Of a DNA stretch of 6,279 bases, positions 5,856 to 6,279 are shown piece after piece. Under the pieces are notes generated by a model, which was given only the letters and a program-made list of their open reading frames with translations, was not told where the DNA came from and made no database searches. The first letter of the stretch is position 1. Each line of letters opens with the position of its first letter. The stretch is from IMG/VR virus record IMGVR_UViG_2681813262_000009. One strand, 5' to 3'. The DNA is from a virus. Lineage: Duplodnaviria; Heunggongvirae; Uroviricota; Caudoviricetes. Made by a program: the position numbers and the translations under genes.

Positions 5856-6112
5856 CAGCGCAGCACCTCCTGCACCAGTTTTTCAAACTTTCCGACTCTG
5901 GTTTCCAGCTCTGCCACACAGTCCACCAGCTCATCTACTGCTTTCTGTGCGCGATGCTTCGCCTGCATCAGTTCCCGAAGCGCGGGTACCATATCTTTAC
6001 GGATAGCGTCTTTTGTTATGCCCGTTTTTTCGAGTTGTTCAGCATGACGCAGCATTTCCTGCGCGTGTTTACGCAATTGTTCAGGGGTAAAAGTCATTGT
6101 CTGGTTGTTCAA
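5855..6112 (-). CDS. Hypothetical phage nin-region protein (copy 2)
   Basis: Identical to 1794..2051. Confidence 0.55.
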   Translation of the reverse strand: MNNQTMTFTPEQLRKHAQEMLRHAEQLEKTGITKDAIRKDMVPALRELMQAKHRAQKAVDELVDCVAELETRVGKFEKLVQEVLR

Positions 6113-6232
6113 AAGAAACGCTCCATCTTACTGCTGTCAGTTCGTTTATTACTGTATCTGCGCGGATTGCCGGGCTTCATGGGAGTGGAAAGCACCCGTG
6201 CACTTTCCTGGTCCACAGGCAGAAAATGTCCG

Positions 6233-6279
6233 TAGACTGGCCCCCTGAATCTCCAGACAACCAGTATCACTTAAATAAG
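6233..6279 (+). mobile_element. IS2 left end (first 47 bp), truncated by the window edge
   Basis: TAGACTGGCCCCCTGAATCTCCAGACAACCAGTATCACTTAAATAAG is identical to 2172-2218 and sits at the same junction with the flanking prophage DNA. Confidence 0.9.

Larger units (their letters stand above)
4063..6279. repeat. Copy 2 of the large direct repeat (prophage segment plus IS2 left end)
   Basis: See copy 1. Differs by a 2-bp indel at about 4446, a 3-bp indel at about 5010, two SNPs at about 5496-5502 and a dense cluster of substitutions at about 4572-4855. Confidence 0.95.

Noticed and set aside
1-6279. CRISPR array or other short-period repeats
   Set aside because: The only repeats are the ~4.06 kb tandem unit, the IS2 terminal inverted repeats and a few hairpins. 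There are no regularly spaced short direct repeats.
1-6279. Over-extended circular contig (one circular ~4.06 kb molecule read around twice)
   Set aside because: The two copies differ by a dense substitution cluster and indels, which a simple circular read-through would not produce. A mixed-population artefact cannot be excluded from sequence alone.

Overview
This window is an enterobacterial (E. coli/Shigella-type) lambdoid-prophage remnant interrupted by IS2, and I do not see a novel defence, toxin or CRISPR system in it. It holds about 1.55 tandem copies of a ~4.06 kb unit. Each unit carries, on the minus strand, the 5' part of a beta-class DNA methyltransferase gene, a 65-aa small ORF, a lambda pR'-like late promoter with a tR'-like terminator, a Q-type antiterminator, a RusA resolvase and an 85-aa hypothetical gene, followed by a complete 1331-bp IS2 on the plus strand. 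Positions 1-2218 recur at 4063-6279 (offset 4062, drifting to 4061 after small indels), and the second IS2 is cut by the window end. The complete IS2 has no target-site duplication and truncates the methyltransferase after codon 196. The two copies are identical at both ends but differ in a mosaic patch (about 378-1450, hypervariable core about 490-790) covering the Q C-terminus and the pR'/tR' region. The most unusual things here are the IS2-junctioned tandem structure and that patchy divergence. All calls are by eye from the sequence and ORF track; no searches were run.
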